Shown here piece by piece: positions 19,469-28,714 of a DNA stretch of 64,000 bases; position 1 is the first letter of the stretch, and every line of letters starts with the position of its first letter. Origin of the DNA: an uncultured Alistipes sp. (lineage in GTDB: Bacteria > Bacteroidota > Bacteroidia > Bacteroidales > Bacteroidaceae); assembly GCA_963590505.1 (NCBI GenBank), contig CAVAPC010000008.1, positions 32,162 to 96,161 on the forward strand, given 5' to 3'. Below the pieces are notes generated by a model, which saw only the letters and a program-made list of their open reading frames with translations, did no database searches and was not told the DNA's origin. Both the position numbers and the translations under genes were made by a program.

Positions 19469-19502
19469 CAATCTAAATAGGAATTGGAAACAACGTAATG
19501 TA

Positions 19503-20234
19503 ATGAAATACGCACTGATAACGGGAGCATCCCGCGGCATAGGCAAGGCCGTTGCACTAAGGCTGGCAGCCAAAGGCTATGCGGTGATAATAAACTATCT
19601 CAGCAATGAAAATGCCGCCAACGAAGTGGTTCGCGAGATTGCTGAAGCGGGGGGCAAAGCGGAATTGCTGCCGTTTGACACACAGAATGCCGCTGCAATA
19701 GAAACGGCGATAGACAAGTGGGAAACGGAACACCCCGAAGAATGGATATCAGTGCTGGTTAACAATGCCGGCGTCCGTCGCGACAACGTGATGTTTATGA
19801 TGTCTGACGAGGATTGGCAGACAGTGCTTGACACCAACCTCACAGGCTTCTTCCATATCACCCGCAGGCTGCTGAAGCATATGATGCCGCGCCGTCATGG
19901 AGGCAGAATAGTGAACATGGCTTCGCTTTCCGGGCTGAAGGGAATGCCGGGACAGGTGAACTACAGTGCGGCAAAGGCTGCACTGATAGGGGCGACCAAG
20001 GCTTTGGCTCAGGAGGTTGCACCCAGGAATATTACGGTGAACGCCGTTGCTCCCGGATTTATAGCAACCGACATGACGAAGGACCTTCCGCAGGATGAAC
20101 TGAAAAAGATGGTGCCGGCAGGACGCTTTGGCAAACCGGAAGAAGTGGCGGCGCTCGTGGACTTTCTCTGTTCCGATGAGGCGGCTTACATAACGGGCGA
20201 AGTGATAAACGTGAACGGCGGGCTCTATTCTTGA
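19503..20234 (+). CDS. fabG: 3-oxoacyl-ACP reductase (SDR, FabG / ApeQ-like ketoreductase)
   Basis: 243 aa. ALITGASRGIGKAVA (TGxxxGxG), NNAG, catalytic YSAAKAA (YxxxK), PGFIATDM. Confidence 0.9.
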   Translation: MKYALITGASRGIGKAVALRLAAKGYAVIINYLSNENAANEVVREIAEAGGKAELLPFDTQNAAAIETAIDKWETEHPEEWISVLVNNAGVRRDNVMFMMSDEDWQTVLDTNLTGFFHITRRLLKHMMPRRHGGRIVNMASLSGLKGMPGQVNYSAAKAALIGATKALAQEVAPRNITVNAVAPGFIATDMTKDLPQDELKKMVPAGRFGKPEEVAALVDFLCSDEAAYITGEVINVNGGLYS

Positions 20235-20261
20235 CAACAACGTAAAAAAAAACAAGTCGGT

Positions 20262-20930
20262 ATGAAAACGATGAAAAGTCTTGTATTGCTCATTTTCCTT
20301 GTGCTTGCCATGCAGACCAACGCACAAGAAGAGAACCTTGAGACAAAGACGGCTTTCCGCAAGGCAAAGGCAGTGGAGGTGAAAGTAGACTTGACAAAAA
20401 CGTCGTTTGCCGGTCTTGATTCGCTTTCGTTCGTTGAATACATGGCCGGGAAAGAAAACAAACCGGTGGCTTACGTAAGCAAGTTTTTCCATTTCTTCCG
20501 ACAAAGAATGATTGACAAGATGAACGCTGTATACAAGAACGGTTCGGCAGCAAAGAAATACACGCTGAGACAAAATCCGGCAGCAGAATTCCGCTTGGAT
20601 ATAGCCATAGACGAAATAACAGAGAATGCAGGCTTGAGAGGTTCTGCGAAGCTTTATCCTAAAAGCAACAATGGAAATGCTTTGGTTTATGACTTCAAAT
20701 TTAAAGACGGCCGCTGGAACAGTTTCGAAGAACTGCTGTATGAAGCAGCAGAGGCTTTGGGCAAAGATCTTGTCAAGGCTTTGAAAGCATATACATGTAA
20801 TTACCAATATCCAAACACTCTGCCTGGAGCGTTCAAACAGGGAGCAGACAATATAAAGCAGTCAGTGAAAAAAGCACAGGGCAAGTTTGTGGAAGCAGTG
20901 AAGGAGAACAATCCTTTCAAAAACGAATAA
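20262..20930 (+). CDS. small secreted protein, unknown function (member 1 of an apparent in-cluster paralog trio)
   Basis: 222 aa. Signal peptide MKTMKSLVLLIFLVLAMQTNAQ. Its motif order matches the ORFs at 22243 and 22875. Confidence 0.6.
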   Translation: MKTMKSLVLLIFLVLAMQTNAQEENLETKTAFRKAKAVEVKVDLTKTSFAGLDSLSFVEYMAGKENKPVAYVSKFFHFFRQRMIDKMNAVYKNGSAAKKYTLRQNPAAEFRLDIAIDEITENAGLRGSAKLYPKSNNGNALVYDFKFKDGRWNSFEELLYEAAEALGKDLVKALKAYTCNYQYPNTLPGAFKQGADNIKQSVKKAQGKFVEAVKENNPFKNE

Positions 20931-20974
20931 CAGTACATACGTTACTGAAGCAAGATAAAACGGCAAAAAGATAA

Positions 20975-22204
20975 ATGGAAAAGAGAGTAGTAATCACAGG
21001 TATGGGAATATGGTCGTGCCTTGGTACAGACCTGAATACCGTGAAAGAGGCGTTATATACAGGAAAGTCTGGCATCGGGATGCAGCCCGAACGCCTGACT
21101 TACGGCTATCGTTCGGCACTTACCGGCATAGTGGAAGAGCCGAAGATAACCAAGCAGATGCTGGACCGCCACACTCGTGCCGGAATGTCGGAAGAGGCAA
21201 AGTATGCATATATGGCAAGCAGACAGGCTTTCAGCCAGGCAGAAATAACCGACGAATATCTTCTTCAGAACGAGGTGGGATGTATCTTCGGAAACGATTC
21301 GTCGGCACAGCCTGTGATAGAGGCATCCAAGATCATGGACGAAAAGCATGATTCGGCGATGCTTGGCTACGGACTTATTTTCCAGTCGATGAACTCAACC
21401 GTGAACATGAACCTTAGCACGATTTTCCATCTTCGCGGCGTTAACTTCACGGTGAGCTCGGCTTGCGCTTCGGGAAGCCATTCCATAGGGCTTGGTTTCA
21501 TGATGATAAAACAGGGATTGCAGGACATGGTACTTTGCGGAGGAGCCCAGGAAACGAACTACTACTCTATGGCTTCGTTCGATGCACTAGGCGCATTCTC
21601 CGTGCGTATGGACGAACCGACAAAGGCGAGCCGTCCTTTCGACAAAGACCGCGACGGACTTATTCCAAGCGGCGGTGCGGCAGCTCTCGTGCTTGAGGAC
21701 TATGAACACGCAAAGGCGCGCGGTGCCGAAATCTTGGCAGAGGTTGTCGGTTACGGTTTCTCAAGCAATGGCGGAGGAATAAGCCAACCTTCAGACGATG
21801 GAAGCGTGCTTGCCATGAATCGTGCCCTTGACTGTGCTGGAGTAAAGGCGGACGATGTAGACTATATAAACGCACATGCTACAAGCACACATCAGGGAGA
21901 CATGTATGAAGCAATAGCACTCGACCGCATCTTCCACGGGAAACACGCTCTGATATCCTCCACAAAAGGAATGACTGGACATGAATGCTGGATGGCAGGA
22001 GCTTCAGAAATAGTTTACAGCACGCTGATGATGCAGAACAACTTTGTGGCTCCCAATGTTAACTTTGAGAATCCCGATGAATATTCGGAAAAGCTCAACA
22101 TCGCAGCCACTACAGTTGAAACGGAAATCAACACGGTTCTAAGCAACTCCTTCGGCTTCGGGGGAACAAACTCGGCATTGGTAATAAAGAAATTCAAAGA
22201 TTGA
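20975..22204 (+). CDS. beta-ketoacyl-ACP synthase (KAS I/II-like)
   Basis: 409 aa. VVITGMGIWS, active-site Cys in VSSACASGSHSIG, His in NAHATSTHQGD and MTGHECWMAG, C-terminal NSFGFGGTNSALV. Confidence 0.9.
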   Translation: MEKRVVITGMGIWSCLGTDLNTVKEALYTGKSGIGMQPERLTYGYRSALTGIVEEPKITKQMLDRHTRAGMSEEAKYAYMASRQAFSQAEITDEYLLQNEVGCIFGNDSSAQPVIEASKIMDEKHDSAMLGYGLIFQSMNSTVNMNLSTIFHLRGVNFTVSSACASGSHSIGLGFMMIKQGLQDMVLCGGAQETNYYSMASFDALGAFSVRMDEPTKASRPFDKDRDGLIPSGGAAALVLEDYEHAKARGAEILAEVVGYGFSSNGGGISQPSDDGSVLAMNRALDCAGVKADDVDYINAHATSTHQGDMYEAIALDRIFHGKHALISSTKGMTGHECWMAGASEIVYSTLMMQNNFVAPNVNFENPDEYSEKLNIAATTVETEINTVLSNSFGFGGTNSALVIKKFKD

Positions 22205-22242
22205 AATAAACACTAAAGTTAAAATTTAAAAGCAAAACGATT

Positions 22243-22773
22243 ATGAAAAAGAATTTAACCTTATTGCTATTCATGCTTGTAAGCATGGTTGCACTTGCAG
22301 GAAACCCTTTCAAAGGATTCACAGGAAAAGAAAATCTCAAGGAGATTATGGGAAGTGACGCAACGGCTCTGCTTGTATTCGATTGGAGCGAAGCCAAATA
22401 CGACTATACCAAAGATATAAAGGAAGGACTGAAGGATGACTACGACTTCGTTACAAGCGATTGCTTCAACAAGTTCCTGGAAGGTTTTAACCACAAGTCG
22501 AAACATCTGAAGCTGACAACAACCGAGAGCGGAGCAAAATACAAGTTCCTTCTCAAGGTAACGAACATAGACAAGCGCTTCCAGCCGTTTGCTTTCGTTC
22601 CAAAGCACGAAGGACTGATGTGGGGAAAGCTTGAAATCATTGAAGTGGAAACGAACAAAACACTTTCAACAATAGACATTATCAAGGCAATGGACGGAAC
22701 TGATTTTGTTCCGAAGGCTAGTTTTGGTGCAACATTCTATCTTGTAGGCGAAAACACCGCAAAACTCAAATAG
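22243..22773 (+). CDS. small secreted protein, unknown function (paralog trio member 2)
   Basis: 176 aa. Signal peptide MKKNLTLLLFMLVSMVALAG. Confidence 0.6.
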   Translation: MKKNLTLLLFMLVSMVALAGNPFKGFTGKENLKEIMGSDATALLVFDWSEAKYDYTKDIKEGLKDDYDFVTSDCFNKFLEGFNHKSKHLKLTTTESGAKYKFLLKVTNIDKRFQPFAFVPKHEGLMWGKLEIIEVETNKTLSTIDIIKAMDGTDFVPKASFGATFYLVGENTAKLK

Positions 22774-22813
22774 AATTTCCGCCAGTATAAAAGTTATATC
22801 AGGTAAAAGACAA

Positions 22814-22845
22814 CCGGCAAGCGCTACGTTTGGGATGCTTGCCGG
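22814..22845 (+). terminator. intra-operon stem-loop (attenuator, processing site or weak terminator candidate)
   Basis: CCGGCAAGC (22814-22822) / GCTTGCCGG (22837-22845), a perfect 9-bp GC-rich stem followed by ATTTGTAATT. It sits in the largest internal gap of the cluster (101 bp). Confidence 0.35.
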
Positions 22846-22874
22846 ATTTGTAATTCATATAAAACGGCAAAATC

Positions 22875-23408
22875 ATGAACAAAATATTATCAATTATAGC
22901 AGTATTCTTGCTGACACTTAGTGCAAATGCACAGAAAGTGATATTTGAAGGACAGGCACCGTCGCTGAAAGGAGAGAACAAACTGAACGTTGAGGTTGAC
23001 TTCTCGGAAATGAAAATAGACAAGAAGAACGTCAGTGACTGGTTGGAATTCAGACAATCGCAGCAACCAGACTACGATGCCAAGAAAGAACTTGAGGACG
23101 AACTCAAGCCAACCATTCTCGAACAACTGTGCTACGGATTGAACAGCACGCTAAAAAGGGCAAAAGCCTATGCCGTTATAGGTGCGCAGACCAACTATAC
23201 TGTTGTCGTAAAGCCTATGTCGGTAGAAAAGAAGGGTTCGAACGTGAACAAATGTTCCGTTGTTGACAAAAACGGCACAACGCTGATTGTTTTTGAAGTG
23301 AAAGGCAAAGGCGGAACTTTCGGCTCAATGGCAAATCTCTTTGGCGACGGTTACAAAGATACTGGCAAGAATCTGGGCAAAATATTGGCGGACTACATAA
23401 AAAAGTGA
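22875..23408 (+). CDS. small secreted protein, unknown function (paralog trio member 3)
   Basis: 177 aa. Signal peptide MNKILSIIAVFLLTLSANAQ. Confidence 0.6.
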   Translation: MNKILSIIAVFLLTLSANAQKVIFEGQAPSLKGENKLNVEVDFSEMKIDKKNVSDWLEFRQSQQPDYDAKKELEDELKPTILEQLCYGLNSTLKRAKAYAVIGAQTNYTVVVKPMSVEKKGSNVNKCSVVDKNGTTLIVFEVKGKGGTFGSMANLFGDGYKDTGKNLGKILADYIKK

Positions 23409-23442
23409 CGCCAAACGCCGGGAACATAAACATCAAATACAA

Positions 23443-24540
23443 ATGAACCTATTCAAATCGGAAGAAGAACGTTACACAAAAGAACATTTGTCAGCTCGTG
23501 AGGCTCAGCGTCTGGCTGAGTTCATCGCATGGGGACCGGTGGTATTCCAAGTATCAAGGCTCATGGTCAAGTATGGCATACTTGATTTGTTGCGCGATAG
23601 CCTTGACGGGTTGACGCTTGGCGAGGTGCAGGCAAAGACAAGCTTCTCTGAATATGCTTTGAAGATACTCTTCGAAGCATCTCTCAGTGCAGGAACTGTG
23701 ATTATCGACAAGGAGACAGACCGCTTTTCATTGTCGAAAACAGGATGGTTTCTGCTCAACGACCCTGCCACTCGCGCCAACATGGATTTCAACCATGACG
23801 TGAACTATCGTGGAATGTTCTATCTTGACGAAGCACTTGAACAGGGAAAACCGGCGGGACTTAAAACGTTGGGAGGCTGGAACACCATATACGAGGGACT
23901 GTCGCAGCTTGAACCGCAGGTGCAGAAGAGTTGGTTCGGTTTTGATCACTTTTATAGCGATCACTCTTTTGATGTCGCTCTTGACACAGTGCTCGCAAAG
24001 AATCCAAAACGCATAATGGATGTCGGTGGCAACACCGGACGTTTTGCTTTGAAATGTGTGGAGCGCGATACCGATGTAACGGTGACCATTGTTGACTTGC
24101 CCGGGCAAATAAACATGATGCGCAAGAACATAGAAGGAAAGCCAGGGGCTAAGCGCATAGAGGGCTTTGCCACAGATATCCTTGACAAGCGGAACCTGTT
24201 GCCTTCAGGCAGTTGGGATGCAATATGGATGAGCCAGTTCCTTGACTGTTTCTCTGAAAATGAAATATTCAGCATCCTCTCACGGGCAGCAAGGCAGATG
24301 GACAAAAACACTACCTTATATATAATGGAGACATTCTGGGACAGACAGAAATACGAACCCGCTTCGTTTTGTCTGACTATGACCAGCGTATATTTCACTG
24401 TAATGGCAAACGGCAACAGTAAGATGTATCATTCCGATGACATGGCAAGACAGATAGAACGTGCCGGACTGGAAATAACGGCAGTTCACGATGGAATAGG
24501 CCAAGGACATACAATCATGGAGTGCAGAATTAAGGACTAA
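23443..24540 (+). CDS. class I SAM-dependent O-methyltransferase (ApeB-like)
   Basis: 365 aa. SAM motif I IMDVGGNTGRFA with the acidic post-I residue in VTIVDLPG. An N-terminal winged-helix / dimerisation-like region is typical of small-molecule O-methyltransferases. Confidence 0.75.
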   Translation: MNLFKSEEERYTKEHLSAREAQRLAEFIAWGPVVFQVSRLMVKYGILDLLRDSLDGLTLGEVQAKTSFSEYALKILFEASLSAGTVIIDKETDRFSLSKTGWFLLNDPATRANMDFNHDVNYRGMFYLDEALEQGKPAGLKTLGGWNTIYEGLSQLEPQVQKSWFGFDHFYSDHSFDVALDTVLAKNPKRIMDVGGNTGRFALKCVERDTDVTVTIVDLPGQINMMRKNIEGKPGAKRIEGFATDILDKRNLLPSGSWDAIWMSQFLDCFSENEIFSILSRAARQMDKNTTLYIMETFWDRQKYEPASFCLTMTSVYFTVMANGNSKMYHSDDMARQIERAGLEITAVHDGIGQGHTIMECRIKD

Positions 24541-24558
24541 TATTTAAAACAAACATAA

Positions 24559-24801
24559 ATGGAAAGAGCAGAAATAGAAGAAAAAGTAAGAAATTTCCTA
24601 ATCGATGACCTTGAAATAGACGAAGAAAAGATTGCTCCGGAAGCAAAGCTAAAGGATGATCTTGGCATTGACAGTCTGGATTTCGTTGACATCGTAGTTA
24701 TCGTGGAAAAGAATTTCGGCTTCAAGATAAAGCCAGAAGAGATGCAGGGCGTGGTGACGTTAAGTCAGTTCTGCGACTATATCGAGAGTAAGGTGGCATA
24801 G
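24559..24801 (+). CDS. acyl carrier protein
   Basis: 80 aa, acidic. Phosphopantetheine site DLGIDSLDFVDIV. Confidence 0.85.
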   Translation: MERAEIEEKVRNFLIDDLEIDEEKIAPEAKLKDDLGIDSLDFVDIVVIVEKNFGFKIKPEEMQGVVTLSQFCDYIESKVA

Positions 24802-24805
24802 AATA

Positions 24806-25675
24806 GTGAAGAATACAACTTTCGGCAACGGCTGGATGCATCGGCAGCTAGTGGCAACATTACGCTGGATGGACGTACGGCTTATCTACATCTTCACTGC
24901 TGTCTTTATAATACCCGTCTGTTTGTTGCTGAATACCAACCACAGCCGTACAACGGCATACCGGTATTTCAGAACAAGACAACGTTATGGACGATTGCAT
25001 GCTGCATGGGCAACGTATGTAAACCACTGTATGTTTGCGCAAGTGGTGGTTGACCGTTTCGCAATGTTTGCCGGTCAGAAATACAAAGTAAAAGTTGTGG
25101 GATACGAAAGTTTCAAATATCTTTCCGAACAACCCGAGGCTTTTATGCAGTTGAGCTCCCACATAGGTTGTTATGAAGTGGCAGGCTATTCGCTCAAGGC
25201 TGAGAAAAAACGTTTCAACGCTTTGGTGTTCGGCGGCGAAAAGAAAACCGTGATGGAAGGGCGAAAGCAACAGCTCGAACGCAACAACATTCGCATGATA
25301 CCCGTAATGCCGGACATGAGTCACCTTTTCGTTATAAACGAGGCTTTGGCTCAAAATGAAACGGTCAGCATGCCGGCCGACCGTATCGTCGGTTCTTCAA
25401 AATCTGTAACCGTTGAATTCTTCGGAGATGAGGCACGCTTACCGATGGGACCGTTTTCTGTAGCAACAATGCGCAGTTTGGACGTTATAGCAGTTAACGT
25501 CATGAAGACGTCGGTTAAGGGCTACACCATTTACATCACTCCGCTTGGCTACGACAAGGATGCGCCAAGAAAGGAGCAAATACGACAGTTGGCGCAAAGT
25601 TATGCGTCGGAACTGCAACGCATGGTGGAGCAATACCCAACACAATGGTATAATTTCCATGATTTCTGGGCATAG
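24806..25675 (+). CDS. LpxL/HtrB-family (lipid A-type) lysophospholipid acyltransferase, ApeD-like
   Basis: 289 aa. N-terminal TM segment and an HX4E-type motif SSHIGCYE. Size and position after an ACP match ape-type clusters. The start is uncertain: GTG at 24806 or ATG at 24838. Confidence 0.6.
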   Translation: MKNTTFGNGWMHRQLVATLRWMDVRLIYIFTAVFIIPVCLLLNTNHSRTTAYRYFRTRQRYGRLHAAWATYVNHCMFAQVVVDRFAMFAGQKYKVKVVGYESFKYLSEQPEAFMQLSSHIGCYEVAGYSLKAEKKRFNALVFGGEKKTVMEGRKQQLERNNIRMIPVMPDMSHLFVINEALAQNETVSMPADRIVGSSKSVTVEFFGDEARLPMGPFSVATMRSLDVIAVNVMKTSVKGYTIYITPLGYDKDAPRKEQIRQLAQSYASELQRMVEQYPTQWYNFHDFWA

Positions 25676-25692
25676 AATCAACTAAGTGACAA

Positions 25693-26154
25693 ATGACTTT
25701 CAATTCAACAAGTATACACGAGCAAGCATTAAGCAAGATTGACATTCATGAACTGTTGCCTCAGCAGGAACCTTTCGTGATGGTCGGCAGTCTAGTTAAA
25801 ATAGACGAGCGGATAACAGTGACGCAAACGGAAGTGAAAGGAAACAATATCTTTGTTGACGGAAATTTCCTGAGCGCATCGGGACTTGTAGAAAATATTG
25901 CGCAAACTTGTGCTGCCCGTATCGGTTATGTAAACAAATACATACTGAAAAAGGACATTCAGCTTGGTTTCATCGGCGCTATAAGAAACATGGAGATAAA
26001 AAGTTTGCCAGCCGTTGGCGACGTGATAGAAACAACCGTAGACGTTATCGAAGAGGTGTTCGGCATGACTCTTGCCAATGCGCGTGTTATGTGTAACGGC
26101 AAGACACTGGCAACAACAGAAATGAAGATTGCCATAAAGGAGAGTGCATCATGA
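25693..26154 (+). CDS. hotdog-fold 3-hydroxyacyl-ACP dehydratase (FabZ/ApeI-like)
   Basis: 153 aa. N-terminal LLPQQEPFVMVGSL resembles FabZ LLPHRYPFLLVD. Size fits a single hotdog domain. Confidence 0.6.
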   Translation: MTFNSTSIHEQALSKIDIHELLPQQEPFVMVGSLVKIDERITVTQTEVKGNNIFVDGNFLSASGLVENIAQTCAARIGYVNKYILKKDIQLGFIGAIRNMEIKSLPAVGDVIETTVDVIEEVFGMTLANARVMCNGKTLATTEMKIAIKESAS

Positions 26155-26576
26155 AGAAGATACTTAAAACATCGAAATTCTTCGAAGTGCGCTTCAGCGA
26201 GGTTGACTCGATGAATGTAGTATGGCATGGCTCATATCCGCTTTATTTCGAAGATGCCCGGGAGGCTTTTGGAAAGGAGTTCGGACTTGAATACATGGGC
26301 TTCTTCAAACATGGATATTTTGCTCCTCTCGTAGAACTGACATTCCATTACAAGAAACCAATCCGTTATGGAATGACACCGCGAATAGACATAATCTATC
26401 GCCCCACAGAGGCGGCAAAGATTGTGTTCGACTACGAAATTCATGACCCTTGCGACGATTCAATTATTGCCACAGGACATTCCGTTCAGGTTTTCATGGA
26501 TACACAGTACAATCTAGTGTGGGATAATCCTAAGTTCTATGAAGAGTGGAAGAAACATTGGGAACAAATAGAATAA
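26151..26576 (+). CDS. 4HBT/YbgC-type acyl-CoA/ACP thioesterase (ApeK-like)
   Basis: 141 aa. VRFSEVDSMNVVWHGSYPLYFEDAREAF matches the YbgC/4HBT signature (D...V.H..Y..YFE.AR). Its start overlaps the upstream stop (ATGA). Confidence 0.75.
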   Translation: MKKILKTSKFFEVRFSEVDSMNVVWHGSYPLYFEDAREAFGKEFGLEYMGFFKHGYFAPLVELTFHYKKPIRYGMTPRIDIIYRPTEAAKIVFDYEIHDPCDDSIIATGHSVQVFMDTQYNLVWDNPKFYEEWKKHWEQIE

Positions 26577-26591
26577 TAGGAACTACTGACA

Positions 26592-28337
26592 ATGGCATAT
26601 ATACTGTCTGACAACATTGTGTCGCCGTTAGGCTACACGTCGGCAGAGAACTATCAGGCTGTCAAGTCTGGACGTTCTTCACTTGCTGCTTATCCTGCAT
26701 CATTAAAAGCGGTGGGCGAAGATTTCTGTGCTTCGCTTTTCTGTGATGGGCAGAACAGTGAACTTGCCGTTGACGGGTTGTCATCTTTTGAATCAATAGT
26801 TTTCCGCTCTGCCGAAGTGGCAATGCGAAACTGCGGTTTGCAGACAGTTTGCAGAGAGAACGGCGGCACAACGCAGATGCCTTGTGCCAATGTCGTGTTT
26901 ATAATGAGTACAACAAAAGGCAATGCAGATTTAGAATCGCCGGCTGACAGTGCCCGCCGTATAGCTCGCCGCCTTGGTATAAACACTCGCCCTATTGTTG
27001 TATGCAATGCTTGCATATCAGGCTTGTCGGCAATTCTGCTGGCAAAACGCCTTATTGACGCTTCTGTCTATGACTACGCTGTAGTCTGTGGGGCTGACCG
27101 GCAAGGCCAATTCATAATTTCTGGCTTTCAGTCGCTCAAGGCACTGTCGCCAAAAGAATGCCGTCCTTTCGATATGGAGCGGCAAGGCTTGAACTTGGGA
27201 GAAGCAGCAGCGGCAATCGTAATAGGAAAGGAAAGCCAAAACGGAGCGCAATGGAAGATTGTAAGCGGTGCTATACGTAATGACGCATTTCATGTTAGTG
27301 CTCCTTCAAAGAAGGCGGATGGACTGTATTTGTCGTTGAAGCAGACTATTGGAAGAAGAAACACAGACAAGTTGGCTTTTGTAAACGCTCACGGTACGGC
27401 AACACTGTTCAACGACCAAATGGAGTCGGTTGCTTTAGACAGAATGTCACTTTGTGGTGTTCCCGTAAATGCGCTGAAAGGATATTATGGCCATACGATG
27501 GGGGCAGCAGGATTGTTGGAAACAATAATTTCCATGCATGCTGTAGATGACTGCACCGTTTTGTCAACACGAGGTTATGAAGAAAAAGGTGTGTCAGGGA
27601 AGCTTAGTATTGTGACAGAAAACAAGACGACTGACAAAAAAGACTTTGTCAAGATGTTGTCCGGTTTTGGCGGATGCAATGCTTCCGTATGGCTGAGCAA
27701 AAGCAACGAGAGTTGTGATAAAGAGACGATATACAGTCTTAGGCCAACGCACCGTGTTCTTATTACTCCTCAAAGTGTGGATGTAGACGGAAAAGGAATA
27801 GGCATAAAAGAAGGAAGTGACGATATTATTACGTCTTTGTACAAGCAGTTCGTAGGAGGGTATCCCAAATACTATAAAATGGACAAACTTTGTCGTTTGG
27901 GATTTGTTGCCACGGAGATGTTGTTGAAAGCGGAATGTGGTGCATTAGGCAGAGAGAATACGATAACGGCAAACAAAGTTGGCCATGAACCGGATTTAAA
28001 TGAAAATCGTTCTATAGTCCTGTTCAACCACTCGTCTTCTGTGGATTCAGACCGTAGGCACATGGAAGCTATAGCCGATAGCGACAACTATTTTCCAAGT
28101 CCGTCAGTGTTCGTCTATACTCTTCCCAATATTGTGACGGGAGAGATTGCGATGAAAAACGGTTATCATGGTGAAACATCTTTTTATTTACTTGACGAAC
28201 GAGATGACAAGATTATAAACAATGTTATTGGCACTGCATTTTCCGACGGTATGACACAGAGCGTGATAGGTGGTTGGATGAATTATGAAAGTGAAAATGA
28301 TTTTACGGCAGATATAAGCATATTTGTCAGAAAGTAA
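26592..28337 (+). CDS. beta-ketoacyl synthase with C-terminal CLF-like (ketoacyl-synt_2-like) extension
   Basis: 581 aa. Cys in VCNACISGLSAILLA, His in VNAHGTATLFND and YYGHTMGAAG. About 190 aa extra at the C-terminus contains FPSPSVFVYTLPNIVTGEIAMKNGYHG. Confidence 0.75.
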   Translation: MAYILSDNIVSPLGYTSAENYQAVKSGRSSLAAYPASLKAVGEDFCASLFCDGQNSELAVDGLSSFESIVFRSAEVAMRNCGLQTVCRENGGTTQMPCANVVFIMSTTKGNADLESPADSARRIARRLGINTRPIVVCNACISGLSAILLAKRLIDASVYDYAVVCGADRQGQFIISGFQSLKALSPKECRPFDMERQGLNLGEAAAAIVIGKESQNGAQWKIVSGAIRNDAFHVSAPSKKADGLYLSLKQTIGRRNTDKLAFVNAHGTATLFNDQMESVALDRMSLCGVPVNALKGYYGHTMGAAGLLETIISMHAVDDCTVLSTRGYEEKGVSGKLSIVTENKTTDKKDFVKMLSGFGGCNASVWLSKSNESCDKETIYSLRPTHRVLITPQSVDVDGKGIGIKEGSDDIITSLYKQFVGGYPKYYKMDKLCRLGFVATEMLLKAECGALGRENTITANKVGHEPDLNENRSIVLFNHSSSVDSDRRHMEAIADSDNYFPSPSVFVYTLPNIVTGEIAMKNGYHGETSFYLLDERDDKIINNVIGTAFSDGMTQSVIGGWMNYESENDFTADISIFVRK

Positions 28338-28384
28338 CATAAAATGTTTCCGGCAAGAGACATTTTTAAAAAAAAGAATGAACA

Positions 28385-28645
28385 ATGGAAGAATTGATAA
28401 ATGAATTGAAGGAAGAGATAATAGCGGCACTCAATCTGGAAGAAATGACGCCCAATGACATTGCCGACAACGATGCCCTTTTTGGTGACGAAGGCTTGGG
28501 GCTAGATTCTATCGACGCTCTTGAGCTTATCGTGCTGCTTGAGAAAAAATACGGTATAAAGCTGGCCAATCCGTCTGAGGGTAAGGAGATTTTCAAGAGT
28601 GTTGCCACAATTGCAGATTATGTGGCAAAGAACAGAAAGAAATAA
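28385..28645 (+). CDS. acyl carrier protein
   Basis: 86 aa. Phosphopantetheine site EGLGLDSIDALELIV. Confidence 0.85.
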   Translation: MEELINELKEEIIAALNLEEMTPNDIADNDALFGDEGLGLDSIDALELIVLLEKKYGIKLANPSEGKEIFKSVATIADYVAKNRKK

Positions 28646-28714
28646 CAATACAAAAGACTGTAGAGTAGCATGCATGTACAAAAGTCATGTTACATGCAGC
28701 GTAAAGTTAAGCAG

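Noticed and set aside
19749-20807. 352-aa minus-strand ORF spanning fabG, the intergenic gap and the next gene
   Set aside because: It is antisense to two well-supported plus-strand genes with clear motifs and crosses their intergenic region. Its translation is rich in Cys, His, Phe and Arg, with no motifs, signal peptide or start context. This is a typical shadow ORF.
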